From: Pseudomonadota bacterium
GTDB taxonomy: Bacteria > Myxococcota_A > UBA796 > GCA-2862545
DNA length: 64,000 nt
NCBI GenBank assembly: GCA_023954855.1
Contig: JAGSGY010000015.1
Location: 8,553 to 72,552 of the forward strand
Direction: 5' to 3'
Part shown: positions 1 through 9,266 of the stretch, in pieces
How positions within the stretch are numbered: position 1 is the stretch's first letter
Layout of the letters: every line of letters begins with the position of its first letter
Translations under genes and position numbers: made by a program
The notes under the pieces: generated by a model
What the model saw: only the letters and a program-made list of their open reading frames with translations
The model's database searches: none
Told to the model about the DNA's origin: nothing

Positions 1-1235
1 CTCGGCACGGTGAGCAGGCTCATCCATCGGAAGCCCTTCATCCAGTCGCCACCGCTCCACAGCGTGAAGAACAGCGAGATGAAGGCCATGGCCCAGCACA
101 GCACCCGAACGCGCCAGCCCTCACCGCCAAGTGCCCGAAGTGGCAGAAGCAAGCCGAGCATGAGCAGCATGTAGACGCGGTTCTCGTGCCACATGGCGGG
201 TGCGACCCACTCGGTCCACGGCCAGAAGCCCTTGACCCAGTGCGGGCCGGGGAGCTGGAGCGCCATGAAGATCACGAGCACACCCGCGAGGGTCAGGTGT
301 ACCCCGCGCTTTCGACCGAGCAGGCCGTACAGGTACACGGGAATGAGGTAGCCGTGCCAGAGCAGGTGGGACCAGTCGCGGATGTACTTCCAGCCGCGCG
401 CGTTCCACGCGAAGGGCATGAACTCTTTGGAGCCGAGCTTCGCGTAGTAGGTATTCGGGAACGGCCACGCGAAGTAGCTGAAGCGCAGCACCTGGTAGAC
501 GGTGAACGGCACGAAGAAGGTGACCAGCCACTTGACCGTGTGCACCACGCTTCGGTGGGCCTTGAGTGACAGGACCATCGCCCAGAAACCACCGAATGCG
601 GCGTAGAGGATGCCCTCGGGGCGGGTGATGCTGAGCGCCAGGAACCAGGCTGCACTGGTGGGCCACTTGTCGCTTCGCGTCTCGACAATCGTGCGCCACA
701 TGCCCATGGCGAGCAGGAAGTTGAACAGGCTGTTCTCGAGGCCCGAGGCGTTCCAGATCGCGAACTGGGCGCTACCGGCGAGGTAGGCGGGCGCGATGAG
801 GGCCCAGTGTGAGGGCTTGTCGGGCTTGGCTTCGAGGGCTTCGTTGGCGAGCCAGTAGGCGACGGGCACGGTGAGGGCGCCGAACACGCAGCCCATGATC
901 TTCGAGGAGGTGAATCCACTCACCCCGAAGAACTCCCAGATGACCATCAGGTAGACCCAGAGGGGGTCCGAGAAGCCCTCGACCAGCTCGCCGCCCGGGT
1001 AGGTGACGAAGCCCTCGCCCTCGGCGAAGTGCTTGGCGTAGCTGAAGCTGATGGCCGCGTCTTCGATGTACCAGTAGACGAAGATCAGGTTGTGGACGAC
1101 GGTGGTGACCATCAGCAGGAACAGCAACACGGCGTGCAGTTGCTGGGTGCTGTTGTAGGTCTTCCATCGAGGGAACACGCGGCCGATCCCCGCGCTCAGT
1201 CGGGTCAGGCGACCCTCTTCGCGGGTGGGCTGCAC
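1..1235 (-). CDS. Polytopic integral membrane protein (possible glycosyl/mannosyl-transferase-like), 3' end outside window
   Basis: Open frame on minus strand from window edge to GTG at 1233-1235, preceded by GGAGGAAAA SD; translation VQPTREEGRLTRL... contains many hydrophobic helices (LLFLLMVTTVVHNLIFVYWYI, FLALSITRPEGILYAAFGGFWAMV...). Missing from ORF track because it runs off the window. Confidence 0.6.
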   Translation of the reverse strand, partial: MQPTREEGRLTRLSAGIGRVFPRWKTYNSTQQLHAVLLFLLMVTTVVHNLIFVYWYIEDAAISFSYAKHFAEGEGFVTYPGGELVEGFSDPLWVYLMVIWEFFGVSGFTSSKIMGCVFGALTVPVAYWLANEALEAKPDKPSHWALIAPAYLAGSAQFAIWNASGLENSLFNFLLAMGMWRTIVETRSDKWPTSAAWFLALSITRPEGILYAAFGGFWAMVLSLKAHRSVVHTVKWLVTFFVPFTVYQVLRFSYFAWPFPNTYYAKLGSKEFMPFAWNARGWKYIRDWSHLLWHGYLIPVYLYGLLGRKRGVHLTLAGVLVIFMALQLPGPHWVKGFWPWTEWVAPAMWHENRVYMLLMLGLLLPLRALGGEGWRVRVLCWAMAFISLFFTLWSGGDWMKGFRWMSLLTVP

Positions 1236-1307
1236 GCGGTTTTCCTCCAAGTTCAGCCCGCTTAACCCGAGAGTCCGGCGGCGGTCACCCGCACGCGCGG
1301 AAGGGGC

Positions 1308-2267
1308 CTATTCGTAGCCGATCAGCGCGGCACTCATGTAGTAGTAGGGCTCGCCTCCGTCCCCGGCCCACGTCCAGTTCTCGAGGTCGTAGCTGAAGTC
1401 GATGGTCTCGCCGCCACTCGTGCCCGCTTGCTGAATCCACGGGAAGACCTGTGCCCCGGGACACCAGCCGGCGCGATTGTACTGCCAGGTGCCCTGCTGG
1501 GTGCTGTCGGTGACGGTGCTGTCGCAGTCCGCGCGCCACACTTCGCGCGTGAGCACGTTTTCGTCGATGGTGTAGCTGTGGTCCAGTGCGCAGAACTCGG
1601 CGCAGTTGTCAGCGCCGCCGAAGCCGTGTCCTGTGATGTACGAGCGTAGGTTGTAGGAGATGACGGGCGGCAGCTCGACGCTGTTGTCGGCGAACTGGGC
1701 GGTCACGTCCGCCGGAACGCCGGACACGTATCGGATGTGGTCCCAGAGAGGCACGACGACGGTGGGCTCGGGAGAGGGTGGGGGACCGCCGTCAAAGTCG
1801 AGGTTGGCGGTGAACAGCCAGCCCGTTCCCTGCTCGTGTCCCTCGGTGACCCAGGTGTCGATGAACACGCGGAAGGTCTGCTCGCCGTGCAACAGGGGCC
1901 GGTAGTCGGTCAGGTCGGACTCCCATGAAAACCCGGTGCGGTACGGTGTGATGAAGCGGTCGAGCTCGATGTAGCGCTCTTCTTCTTCACCGGCGTCGAG
2001 CACAATGCCGAAGGTCGCGTAGCGGTCCCAGTGGTCGCAGCCGCCCACGAGATCAGGGCACTCGAGCCGGAAGCGACCCGTCAGGTTCGTGAAGGTGACG
2101 TCGTCTTCGGGCAGATCGATGGCGATGTCGACCGAGCGTGCGCCGCTGTGGATCCACTCTTGGGTGAACGGCGTGTAGGTGCCGTCAGCACCCTCGGCGC
2201 GGACGGCTTCCTCCTCAGTCGGGTTGCAGGCTGAGAAGGCGACGAGAAGCGGAAGAAGTGTGCGCAT
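1308..2267 (-). CDS. Lipoprotein of unknown function (Cys/Trp-rich secreted domain)
   Basis: 319-aa ORF; N-terminus MRTLLPLLVAFSAC = signal peptide with lipobox; good coding periodicity; no confident family assignment. Confidence 0.7.
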   Translation of the reverse strand: MRTLLPLLVAFSACNPTEEEAVRAEGADGTYTPFTQEWIHSGARSVDIAIDLPEDDVTFTNLTGRFRLECPDLVGGCDHWDRYATFGIVLDAGEEEERYIELDRFITPYRTGFSWESDLTDYRPLLHGEQTFRVFIDTWVTEGHEQGTGWLFTANLDFDGGPPPSPEPTVVVPLWDHIRYVSGVPADVTAQFADNSVELPPVISYNLRSYITGHGFGGADNCAEFCALDHSYTIDENVLTREVWRADCDSTVTDSTQQGTWQYNRAGWCPGAQVFPWIQQAGTSGGETIDFSYDLENWTWAGDGGEPYYYMSAALIGYE

Positions 2268-2299
2268 GGTCGCCGTCTACACGACCCGGCTGGCGAGCG

Positions 2300-3072
2300 T
2301 CAACGGTTTTGGGTGCCATCCCGGTCACGAAGTGCGCAGGCCAGATCGACCAGAGCGTCGAAGCGCTGAATCAGTAGCGTTCGCTCCGAGGTTGGGCGCT
2401 CGATCACCACCTGACCGGCGACGACCTCGGCCCCTTCGCCATGGACGAATTCCATCAGCAATGTCCGAAGGGGCTCGGCGCGAAGCGACGTCAGGTTGTC
2501 GCCGTGGAGGTGCAGCACGTCGAGGATCGGGTCCCCGATGGTGGCGGTATTTGGGCCTGCTGCGTGGCGGATCTCAACGCTGTCCACACCGTAGTGAAAG
2601 CTGCCGCGCACCCGCCCCCTGGGGGTGAGACCGAGCCGCACCCCAATGCCGCGAACGGTGCCCTCGAGCTGCTTGTGGTCGCCGGCCAACCCGTGCGCTT
2701 CGGCCAGATCGAACCATGGCTTGTTCACGTAGCGAGTCAGCGCTTCCTGCAGCCCGACCAGAGCGGACTCAGCCTCCGCCGCGGCACTTGCAGGTCCGTC
2801 CCACGCCAGGGTTCGGCCGTCAAACCAGACGTCGCCGGGTACCTCGACCATCCGCTCGGCGGCTTCGCGGGTCTCTGGGTGGTTGGTGATCACGTGTCGG
2901 TCCGCGAGTTGACGCCTGAGCTGCCCCGCGCCAAATCTGAGAAGGTGCGGAATCGCGGGCACGACCTCTCGCTGGCAGTGCGCCCTCTCACTGGCTTTGC
3001 GGGTGAGTGCATACGCCGCGCCGCCGCCGCCGAAGGCCGCGAGGGCGAGCAAGATGAAGGCGCTCTCAAGCA
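2300..3072 (-). CDS. Hypothetical membrane-anchored protein
   Basis: ORF with internal ATG at 3070-3072 giving MLESAFILLALAAFGGGGAAY (N-terminal TM helix); overlaps the upstream ComF-like gene by 7 nt (operon-like). Confidence 0.5.
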
Positions 3073-3677
3073 TCCGCGTCTTGGGGAGTGACACACGCAA
3101 CCGCGAAGACGATGCGCTCAGCGCCAGCTCCAAGCAGTTCGCGCGCACAGGCCGAGGCCGTGGCGCCGGTGGTGGTCACGTCGTCGACGAGCAAGATGGT
3201 GCCCGAGACCGGCAGTGGGCTTCGAATGCGGCCGGCGAGCGCTTGCTTCCGGCGATGGGCGTTGAGGCCAGCCTGGCGGGGTCCGCGGTGGGCCACGAGG
3301 GCGCGGTGGTGGACGGGCACGGTGAGCTTCGCCGCGAGCGGCTCGGCCAGCACGCTCGGAAGCGCGAAGCCGCGAACGATGCGCCTCGTCCATGGAGAGG
3401 GCACCGGCACGACCGCGTCAACGCTGCCGACCACGGCGCTCAGTGGAGCGGCGACCGCCTCGGCGATGGCGATAGCGAGGGCCCGATCACCTCTGCCCTT
3501 GCTCGAGAGCACGGCCTTTCCGATGGGATCGCCGTACTGCGCCGCTGCCCAGGCCTCGGCGACCATCTCGGGAGCTTCGAAGGACTCGGCTTCGGAGGGG
3601 TGGCAGTCCAAACAGAGGCGCAGCTTGCCCTCTGAGCCGCAGCCCGCGCACGGAATCGGCCAGAGGTGCGCCAGCAA
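3066..3677 (-). CDS. ComF/GntX-family phosphoribosyltransferase (double zinc-ribbon + PRTase domain)
   Basis: N-terminal CxxC...CxxC (CAGCGSEG...CLDCH) and PRPP-binding signature ILLVDDVTTTGATASACAREL typical of ComF family type I PRTases. Confidence 0.8.
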   Translation of the reverse strand: MLAHLWPIPCAGCGSEGKLRLCLDCHPSEAESFEAPEMVAEAWAAAQYGDPIGKAVLSSKGRGDRALAIAIAEAVAAPLSAVVGSVDAVVPVPSPWTRRIVRGFALPSVLAEPLAAKLTVPVHHRALVAHRGPRQAGLNAHRRKQALAGRIRSPLPVSGTILLVDDVTTTGATASACARELLGAGAERIVFAVACVTPQDADA

Positions 3678-3680
3678 GGT

Positions 3681-4823
3681 CTACAGTCCGAGGGTGTCGT
3701 GCGGAATGATCTCGACCTTGACCGTGCTGTCGACGTCGCCACGCAGGGCCTTCGCCCGATCGGTGGCCCAGGCGTCGGCCGTGGTGGCGTCGGCGAAGGG
3801 CTCGGACGGGAACGCGGTGTGAACTTGGCCAGTGCCCTTGCACTTCTGCGCAGCCGTGAGGTCCCACTCGGTCGACAGGCGCTCGCCGAGCTGGGGCTCG
3901 AGCTGATCGGGCCAGACCATTCCAAGCACGGTGGCGGTGTGGATGAGTACCTTGCGCTTGCCGTTCTTGCAGGTCACGTCCTCAACGGCGACGGCTCCGT
4001 AGGTGTACTTGCCACCCTCGATCCGCTCTTGCCAACGCCAGACGACGGCGGCGTTCGCGGCACTCTCGTCACCGAGCGCGGTCAGGGTGTCACGCGCCTT
4101 CTCGACGGCCAGCGGCGGCAGCTTGGGCCCCAGGTCATTGAGGGCGGCCACCGCGGCAGCGGCACCGTCTGCATCGGTTCCCGAGGACGAGCCGACCTGG
4201 GCGGCGTCCGCGAAGGCACCGATCACGTCAACGAGGTCCGCCTCAGCCTCGAGGCTGGATGCGAGGGACTTCAGGCTTGGGATGGCAATGGGGCCGGCAG
4301 CGCGCGCGTAGGTGGCGACGAGGTTGGTCCATTGGGTGCGGACCAGACGCTCCTTGACCGCGGGGTCTTCCATCGCGTCGGCGAGAAGCGCGAGGCTTGG
4401 CTCGGTGCGGCAGGTCGCAAGGGCCCGGTACCAGCCGCCGTCGAAAAAGGTGCCCGGGTCATCGTGACGGGTGGCCACGAAGAACTCGGTCACACCTGGG
4501 GCGTCGCAGTGGCCGGCCAAATACCCCAGGGTGCGGGCCGACTCCGAGGGATCGAGGCGGGCGACGAAGCCGCGGGCATCCGCTTCCCCACCGAGCGCGA
4601 GGGCCGCAACCACTGCCGCGTGGGCGCCTTCGTTCTCGATCATCTTTCCGAGTGCGTCGCTCATGCGCTTCTTTGCTGCACCCTCGTCGCAGGCGGCGAG
4701 TGCGGCGAAGTGCTTTCCGACGGAAGCCGGGGACGCCTCGGACAGGGTAGCGCCAAGGGCTTTGGCATCGCAGTCATCGGCCAGAGCCGGGGACGAGAGA
4801 ATCAGAGAGAGCAGGAGCGTCAC
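3681..4823 (-). CDS. Secreted Ala-rich hypothetical protein
   Basis: Real start probably GTG at 4821-4823 (GGAGG 4 nt upstream) giving VTLLLSLILSSPALADDC signal peptide. The track ORF 3681..5960 is extended upstream across the antisense of mdh. Confidence 0.55.
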   Translation of the reverse strand: MTLLLSLILSSPALADDCDAKALGATLSEASPASVGKHFAALAACDEGAAKKRMSDALGKMIENEGAHAAVVAALALGGEADARGFVARLDPSESARTLGYLAGHCDAPGVTEFFVATRHDDPGTFFDGGWYRALATCRTEPSLALLADAMEDPAVKERLVRTQWTNLVATYARAAGPIAIPSLKSLASSLEAEADLVDVIGAFADAAQVGSSSGTDADGAAAAVAALNDLGPKLPPLAVEKARDTLTALGDESAANAAVVWRWQERIEGGKYTYGAVAVEDVTCKNGKRKVLIHTATVLGMVWPDQLEPQLGERLSTEWDLTAAQKCKGTGQVHTAFPSEPFADATTADAWATDRAKALRGDVDSTVKVEIIPHDTLGL

Positions 4824-4958
4824 GGGGCCTCCAAGAGGGCTTGTTCGGCAGTCGAACCCGCCGAGCCCCCTCCCTATTCGAAACCAGTGCGTTGACCACC
4901 GGACGCAACCCCGTGTGTGGGTTAGGGCCGACAGCCACACGAGACGAGAGGCATCCTC

Positions 4959-5942
4959 ATGAGTGCGAAACCTGCCATTCGCGTGGCTGTGACCGGCGCG
5001 GCCGGCAACATCGGCTACTCCCTTCTCTGGCGCATTGCGAGCGGCAACTGCTTCGGCGCTGACCAGCCAGTCATCCTGCAGCTGCTCGAGATCCCGCCCG
5101 GCATGGACCGCCTCAACGGCGTCTGCATGGAGCTCACCGACTCCGCGTTCCCGCTGGTGCACGGCATTGTCGCCACCTCCGACGCCAACGTCGCCTTCGA
5201 TGGCGTCAACCAAGCCTTCCTCGTCGGCTCGCGCCCGCGCGGCCCGGGCATGGACCGCAGCGATCTCGTTGCGGCCAACGGCCCGATCTTCGTCGGCCAG
5301 GGCAAGGCCCTCAACGACAACGCCGCTGATGACGTGCGCGTGATCGTGGTCGGAAACCCCTGCAACACCAACGCGCTCATCGCGAACGCGAACGCTCCGG
5401 ACATTCCGGACGATCGCTTCACCGCCATGACCCGCCTGGACCACAACCGGGCCATGGGACAGCTCGCCGCCAAGGCCGGCCGCCCCGTCGCCGACGTCGA
5501 AGGCGTCATTGTCTGGGGCAACCACTCCCCGACCATGTACCCCGACGTGTCCAAGGCCACCGTGCAGGGCAAGTCCGTCGTCGACACCTTCGACGCTGAC
5601 TGGCTCGGCAGCGAGTTCCACAAGACCGTCTCCACCCGCGGAAAGGCGATCATCAACGCGCGCGGCGCCTCTTCGGCCGCTTCGGCTGCCAACGCCGCCC
5701 TCGATCACATGCGTGACTGGTGGACCGGCACGAACGGCAAGCCCGTCTCGATGGCCCTGCCCAGCAAGGGCTGGTACGGAATCCCCGAGGGCCTCATGTT
5801 CTCGGTTCCGACCATCTGTGAGGCCGATGGCTCGCTGACCGTCGTCGAGGATTGGGAGCTCTCCGATCACGCCAAGGCGAAGATCGCAGCCAGCGCCGAC
5901 GAGCTCCTCAAGGAGCGGGCCGCGGTCGCCGAGCTTCTCTAG
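4959..5942 (+). CDS. mdh: Malate dehydrogenase (NAD-dependent, LDH-like MDH family)
   Basis: [29 protein letters not shown] Rossmann motif, conserved MDH core ([15 protein letters not shown]), 327 aa. Confidence 0.95.
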   Translation: MSAKPAIRVAVTGAAGNIGYSLLWRIASGNCFGADQPVILQLLEIPPGMDRLNGVCMELTDSAFPLVHGIVATSDANVAFDGVNQAFLVGSRPRGPGMDRSDLVAANGPIFVGQGKALNDNAADDVRVIVVGNPCNTNALIANANAPDIPDDRFTAMTRLDHNRAMGQLAAKAGRPVADVEGVIVWGNHSPTMYPDVSKATVQGKSVVDTFDADWLGSEFHKTVSTRGKAIINARGASSAASAANAALDHMRDWWTGTNGKPVSMALPSKGWYGIPEGLMFSVPTICEADGSLTVVEDWELSDHAKAKIAASADELLKERAAVAELL

Positions 5943-5970
5943 AGACGCACCGCGACGCACCGCGTCGAGA

Positions 5971-6004
5971 CCCGAGCCACGTCCTGTGGTTCGGGTTTCT
6001 TTCG
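5971..6004 (+). terminator. Putative intrinsic terminator downstream of mdh
   Basis: Stem CCCGAGCC / GGTTCGGG with 9-nt loop followed by TTTCTTTCG; lies ~30 nt after mdh stop. A second perfect 7-bp hairpin CCATACG-cacc-CGTATGG lies at 6055-6072. Confidence 0.45.
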
Positions 6005-6238
6005 TTGGGGCAATCGCGTCCCAGTGGTGCGGGTTAAATGTCGCGCTACTTTACCATACGCACCCGTATGGTTCTGGTGGACGCCTTCGTCGTCTGGCAC
6101 GAACCTTGCTCTGTCAACGCTGAAAACTACCGGAATCACGCTGTCAGCGGCATTGTGATCCAATCACCGGTTTCGATCTGCTGTCAGATCGGTGTAAGCT
6201 GACCGCGTGCGTGTACCCACGCCGCTGCGGGAGTCCCT

Positions 6239-7849
6239 ATGAATCGCATTCTTGGCCTGGCCATTACGAGTATTGCTCTGCTTGGAGCCTGCTCCGACCA
6301 TGAGTTTTCGGAGCTGCAGGAGCCAAACCTCGGAGTCTCGCCAGAGATTCTCGTTGAGCCCACCTCCATTGCCTTCGGCGTTGTCGCTGACGGACAGCAG
6401 GAGATTCGCCAATTCACCATCTCCAACATCGGTGAGGCGACGCTCCAGGTCGACGGCATCACCCTTGTGGGCGATGGCGGATTCACCATCCTCTCGCAGG
6501 GCCTCGACTTCGAGCTCGAGCCCCTCTCCGAAGACGAGACCAACGTTCGGGTCATCGATGTGGCGTTCTCGCCCCTCTCCGACGCGGATGCGACGGGCCA
6601 GGCCCTGGTCAACTCGAATGACCCGGACAACGCGCAGGTCCCCGTCGACCTTCTCGGCCTCTCTTCCGGACCCTTCCTCGTGGTTTCGCCCGATCCCTAC
6701 GACTTCGGCACCAAGTACGTCGGTAACGGCTGCCTCTACGACCAGCAGCTCACCCTCACCAACGAGGGCCTCGAGGACCTGGTCATCACCGACTTCGGGT
6801 ACGCCGACACCACTGGCCTGCTCGACCTCACCCAGCAGCCGGCGCTTCCGCTTACGCTGGCGCCCGGCCAGTCCAGCAACGTCAACGTGAACTTCGACGC
6901 GTGGACGTCGGCCACAGCGACGGGCACGCTCTCGGTCACCTCGAATGACCCGCGCGGCGTGGTTGACGCGGTCCAGTACGCGGACACGCAGCACGCGCTG
7001 ACGCAGACCGACAGCTTCACGATGCCCACCGAGCTTCCCGTCGACATCGTCTTCGCGGTCGATCAGTCCTGTTCGATGGGTACGATCCTCACGAACAACA
7101 CGAACAACTTCTCGACCTTCATCAACACCATCAACTCCGTCACCCAGGACTGGCGCATCGGCGTGCTCTCCAACGATGGCGGTTGTTTCACCGGTGGCTG
7201 GATTCACTCGGGAACGTCGAACTTCCCGGCTGCGTTCAACAACGCGGTGTGGCAGGACTCCGATGGTGGTGGTTCGTGGTCCGAGCGTCTATTCACGCTC
7301 ACCGAGTCGTCCTTCAACCAGATGGGCTCGGGCTGTAACGCCGGCTTCATGCGCTCTGGCGCGCTGCTCCACGTGGTCTTCGTGTCTGACGAGTACGAGC
7401 AGACGGCGGGAAGCACGGGCGGTGCTTCGGCGCGTGCCTCGACCTTCCACGGCAACCTGATCAACGCGAAGGGCTCGGCCAGCCTGGTCAAGGCCTCGGG
7501 CATCATCTGCCCCGGAACCAGCTCGAGCAGCTGCCCGTCCGGCTCGCCTGATGGCTCGAACCACGGCTACGTCGACGCGGTCAACCTGACTGGCGGCGTG
7601 CAGCTCGACATCACCTCGACCGACTGGGGCGCCTCCGTCGAGGAGCTCGCCACCGCGAGTCTCGTCGCACTCGGACGCTTTGAGCTCACGCAGTCCGCTG
7701 ACCCGAGTGTGGTTGGCGTGCAGGTCGACGGCTCGACCTGGACCGACTGGCACTACGACATGGCGACCAACAGCATCGTCTTCGACAGCTTGCCGCCCGC
7801 CGGCGCCGCGATCACCGTCACCTACGGTGTGGCCATCAGCTGCAACTAG
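6239..7849 (+). CDS. Secreted lipoprotein with ASH/HYDIN-like beta-sandwich repeats and a vWA (MIDAS) domain
   Basis: MNRILGLAITSIALLGACSD lipoprotein signal; DIVFAVDQSCSMG matches vWA MIDAS DxSxS; N-terminal repeats resemble choice-of-anchor/ASH domains. Confidence 0.85.
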   Translation: MNRILGLAITSIALLGACSDHEFSELQEPNLGVSPEILVEPTSIAFGVVADGQQEIRQFTISNIGEATLQVDGITLVGDGGFTILSQGLDFELEPLSEDETNVRVIDVAFSPLSDADATGQALVNSNDPDNAQVPVDLLGLSSGPFLVVSPDPYDFGTKYVGNGCLYDQQLTLTNEGLEDLVITDFGYADTTGLLDLTQQPALPLTLAPGQSSNVNVNFDAWTSATATGTLSVTSNDPRGVVDAVQYADTQHALTQTDSFTMPTELPVDIVFAVDQSCSMGTILTNNTNNFSTFINTINSVTQDWRIGVLSNDGGCFTGGWIHSGTSNFPAAFNNAVWQDSDGGGSWSERLFTLTESSFNQMGSGCNAGFMRSGALLHVVFVSDEYEQTAGSTGGASARASTFHGNLINAKGSASLVKASGIICPGTSSSSCPSGSPDGSNHGYVDAVNLTGGVQLDITSTDWGASVEELATASLVALGRFELTQSADPSVVGVQVDGSTWTDWHYDMATNSIVFDSLPPAGAAITVTYGVAISCN

Positions 7850-7907
7850 GCCGCTCGCTCTGAACCAAGGCCCTGGCGTTCGCGCTGGGGCCTTGCTGTT
7901 TGTGGGT

Positions 7908-8912
7908 TTAGCGGAGGGCGGCGAAGGCGTCGATCGTCCGCGAGATCCCGCCGTCGTCCACGTCCATGTGCGTGACCAAGCGAATCGAGTCCTTGGCCAC
8001 GGCGATGCACCAGATGCCCCGGTCGTGCAGGGCGGCTTGGGCTTCGGCGGCGTTGTCGATCGCGACGTAGACGATGTTGGTCTCGGGCGCGCGGACCTCG
8101 AATCCATGGCCGGTGAGGCCGGTGGCGAGCATGCGGGCCCGTCGGTGATCGTCGGCGAGACGCTGCACGTTGTGCTCGAGGGCGTACAGCCCTCCTGCCG
8201 CGATGATGCCTGCCTGGCGCATGCCTCCACCGAGCATCTTGCGAATGCGCCGGGCTCTTGCCATGTCGGCGGCGCTTCCGACCAGCAGTGAGCCGACCGG
8301 CGCCCCGAGTCCCTTGGAGAGGCAGAAGCTTGCGGTGTCGAAGCCCTTCAGGCGCTGGTCGAGCGCGATGCCTGAGGCGACCACCGCGTTGAACACGCGA
8401 GCGCCATCGAGGTGGGTCCGCAGGCCGAGTTCTTTCGCGACAGCGATCAGCTCGTTCAGTTGGGTCTTCGGGTACACGCCACCGCCACCGCGATTGGTCG
8501 TGTCTTCCACGCAGAGCAGCGTGGCGGGTGCGAAGTGATCGTTCGGCCCGCGAACCGTCGAGCGCACATCGTCGGCGGTCAGGAGTCCGTCTTCCGTCGC
8601 GATCAAGTGCGTCTGGACACCGGAGATCACCGCGGCCGCGCCGGCCTCGTAGTTGAAGGGGTGAGCCTTGGCCTCCATCAAGATGGCGTCGCCGGGCTGG
8701 GTGGCGAGCCGAATCGCGATCTGGTTCGCCATCGTGCCCGAAGCGACAAACAGGGCCGCTTCTTTGCCCGCGAGCTTTGCGGCGTAGTCCTGGAGCGCGT
8801 TGACCGTCGGGTCGTCGCTAAAGACGTCGTCGCCGACCTCGGCGTGGGCCATGGCCTTGCGCATGGCTGGGCTGGGACGGGTGACGGTGTCGGAGCGAAG
8901 GTCGACGTGCAT
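7908..8912 (-). CDS. ltaE: Low-specificity L-threonine aldolase
   Basis: [22 protein letters not shown]... canonical threonine aldolase N-terminus, PLP-lysine region, 334 aa. Confidence 0.9.
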   Translation of the reverse strand: MHVDLRSDTVTRPSPAMRKAMAHAEVGDDVFSDDPTVNALQDYAAKLAGKEAALFVASGTMANQIAIRLATQPGDAILMEAKAHPFNYEAGAAAVISGVQTHLIATEDGLLTADDVRSTVRGPNDHFAPATLLCVEDTTNRGGGGVYPKTQLNELIAVAKELGLRTHLDGARVFNAVVASGIALDQRLKGFDTASFCLSKGLGAPVGSLLVGSAADMARARRIRKMLGGGMRQAGIIAAGGLYALEHNVQRLADDHRRARMLATGLTGHGFEVRAPETNIVYVAIDNAAEAQAALHDRGIWCIAVAKDSIRLVTHMDVDDGGISRTIDAFAALR

Positions 8913-9018
8913 GAGTTCTCCAGGCCCGCAGGCTATCCCGCTCGACTTTTCGGCGGGTGGTGGATCCGCGCGGCTCGTGTATCGAGAGGGTTGGCGCGGC
9001 CTTTTTGGCGTGTCGCGC

Positions 9019-9046
9019 TTGCATCTTTTTGAGTAATACTTAAAAT
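9019..9046 (+). promoter_or_regulatory. Sigma70-like promoter (TTGCAT-16 nt-TAAAAT) in an AT-rich island
   Basis: TTGCAT at 9019-9024, 16-nt spacer, TAAAAT at 9041-9046. Followed by a purine-rich RBS (GAAGAAGGGAG) and a GTG start at 9070. Surrounding sequence is ~70% GC, so this 40-nt AT-rich stretch stands out. Confidence 0.4.
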
Positions 9047-9069
9047 AGTGAAAGAAGAAGGGAGCTCAA

Positions 9070-9219
9070 GTGCAACCGACCAATCGCGATGCGCGCCACG
9101 AAGCGCCGCGTCTGCAGAAGCGAGACGAGGAGCAGGACACGGAGCAGCCCGTGCGCCGGCACCGTCCGCTGGTCGATGATGAAGCTGAGACTTCCGACTT
9201 TCGCATCCCGCGTTTCTGA
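9070..9219 (+). CDS. Small charged hypothetical protein (49 aa), not in ORF track
   Basis: GTG...TGA frame VQPTNRDARHEAPRLQKRDEEQDTEQPVRRHRPLVDDEAETSDFRIPRF. Perfectly positioned behind the promoter/RBS above. The track instead reports an Arg-rich ORF in another frame (9089..9283). Confidence 0.35.
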   Translation: MQPTNRDARHEAPRLQKRDEEQDTEQPVRRHRPLVDDEAETSDFRIPRF

Positions 9220-9266
9220 GGGGGGGCGCGTCTCGGCTGGGGGGCTGAGGCGCGCTCACGCGAGAG

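Noticed and set aside
4950-5960. Upstream 1.1-kb extension of track ORF 3681..5960 (759 aa)
   Set aside because: It lies antisense to the unmistakable mdh gene and has Arg/Gly/Ala-rich high-GC noise composition. The real gene starts at the GTG that precedes the signal peptide at 4823.
6164-7207. 347-aa minus-strand ORF
   Set aside because: Antisense to the vWA lipoprotein gene. Arg/Val/Gly-rich translation typical of spurious high-GC ORFs.
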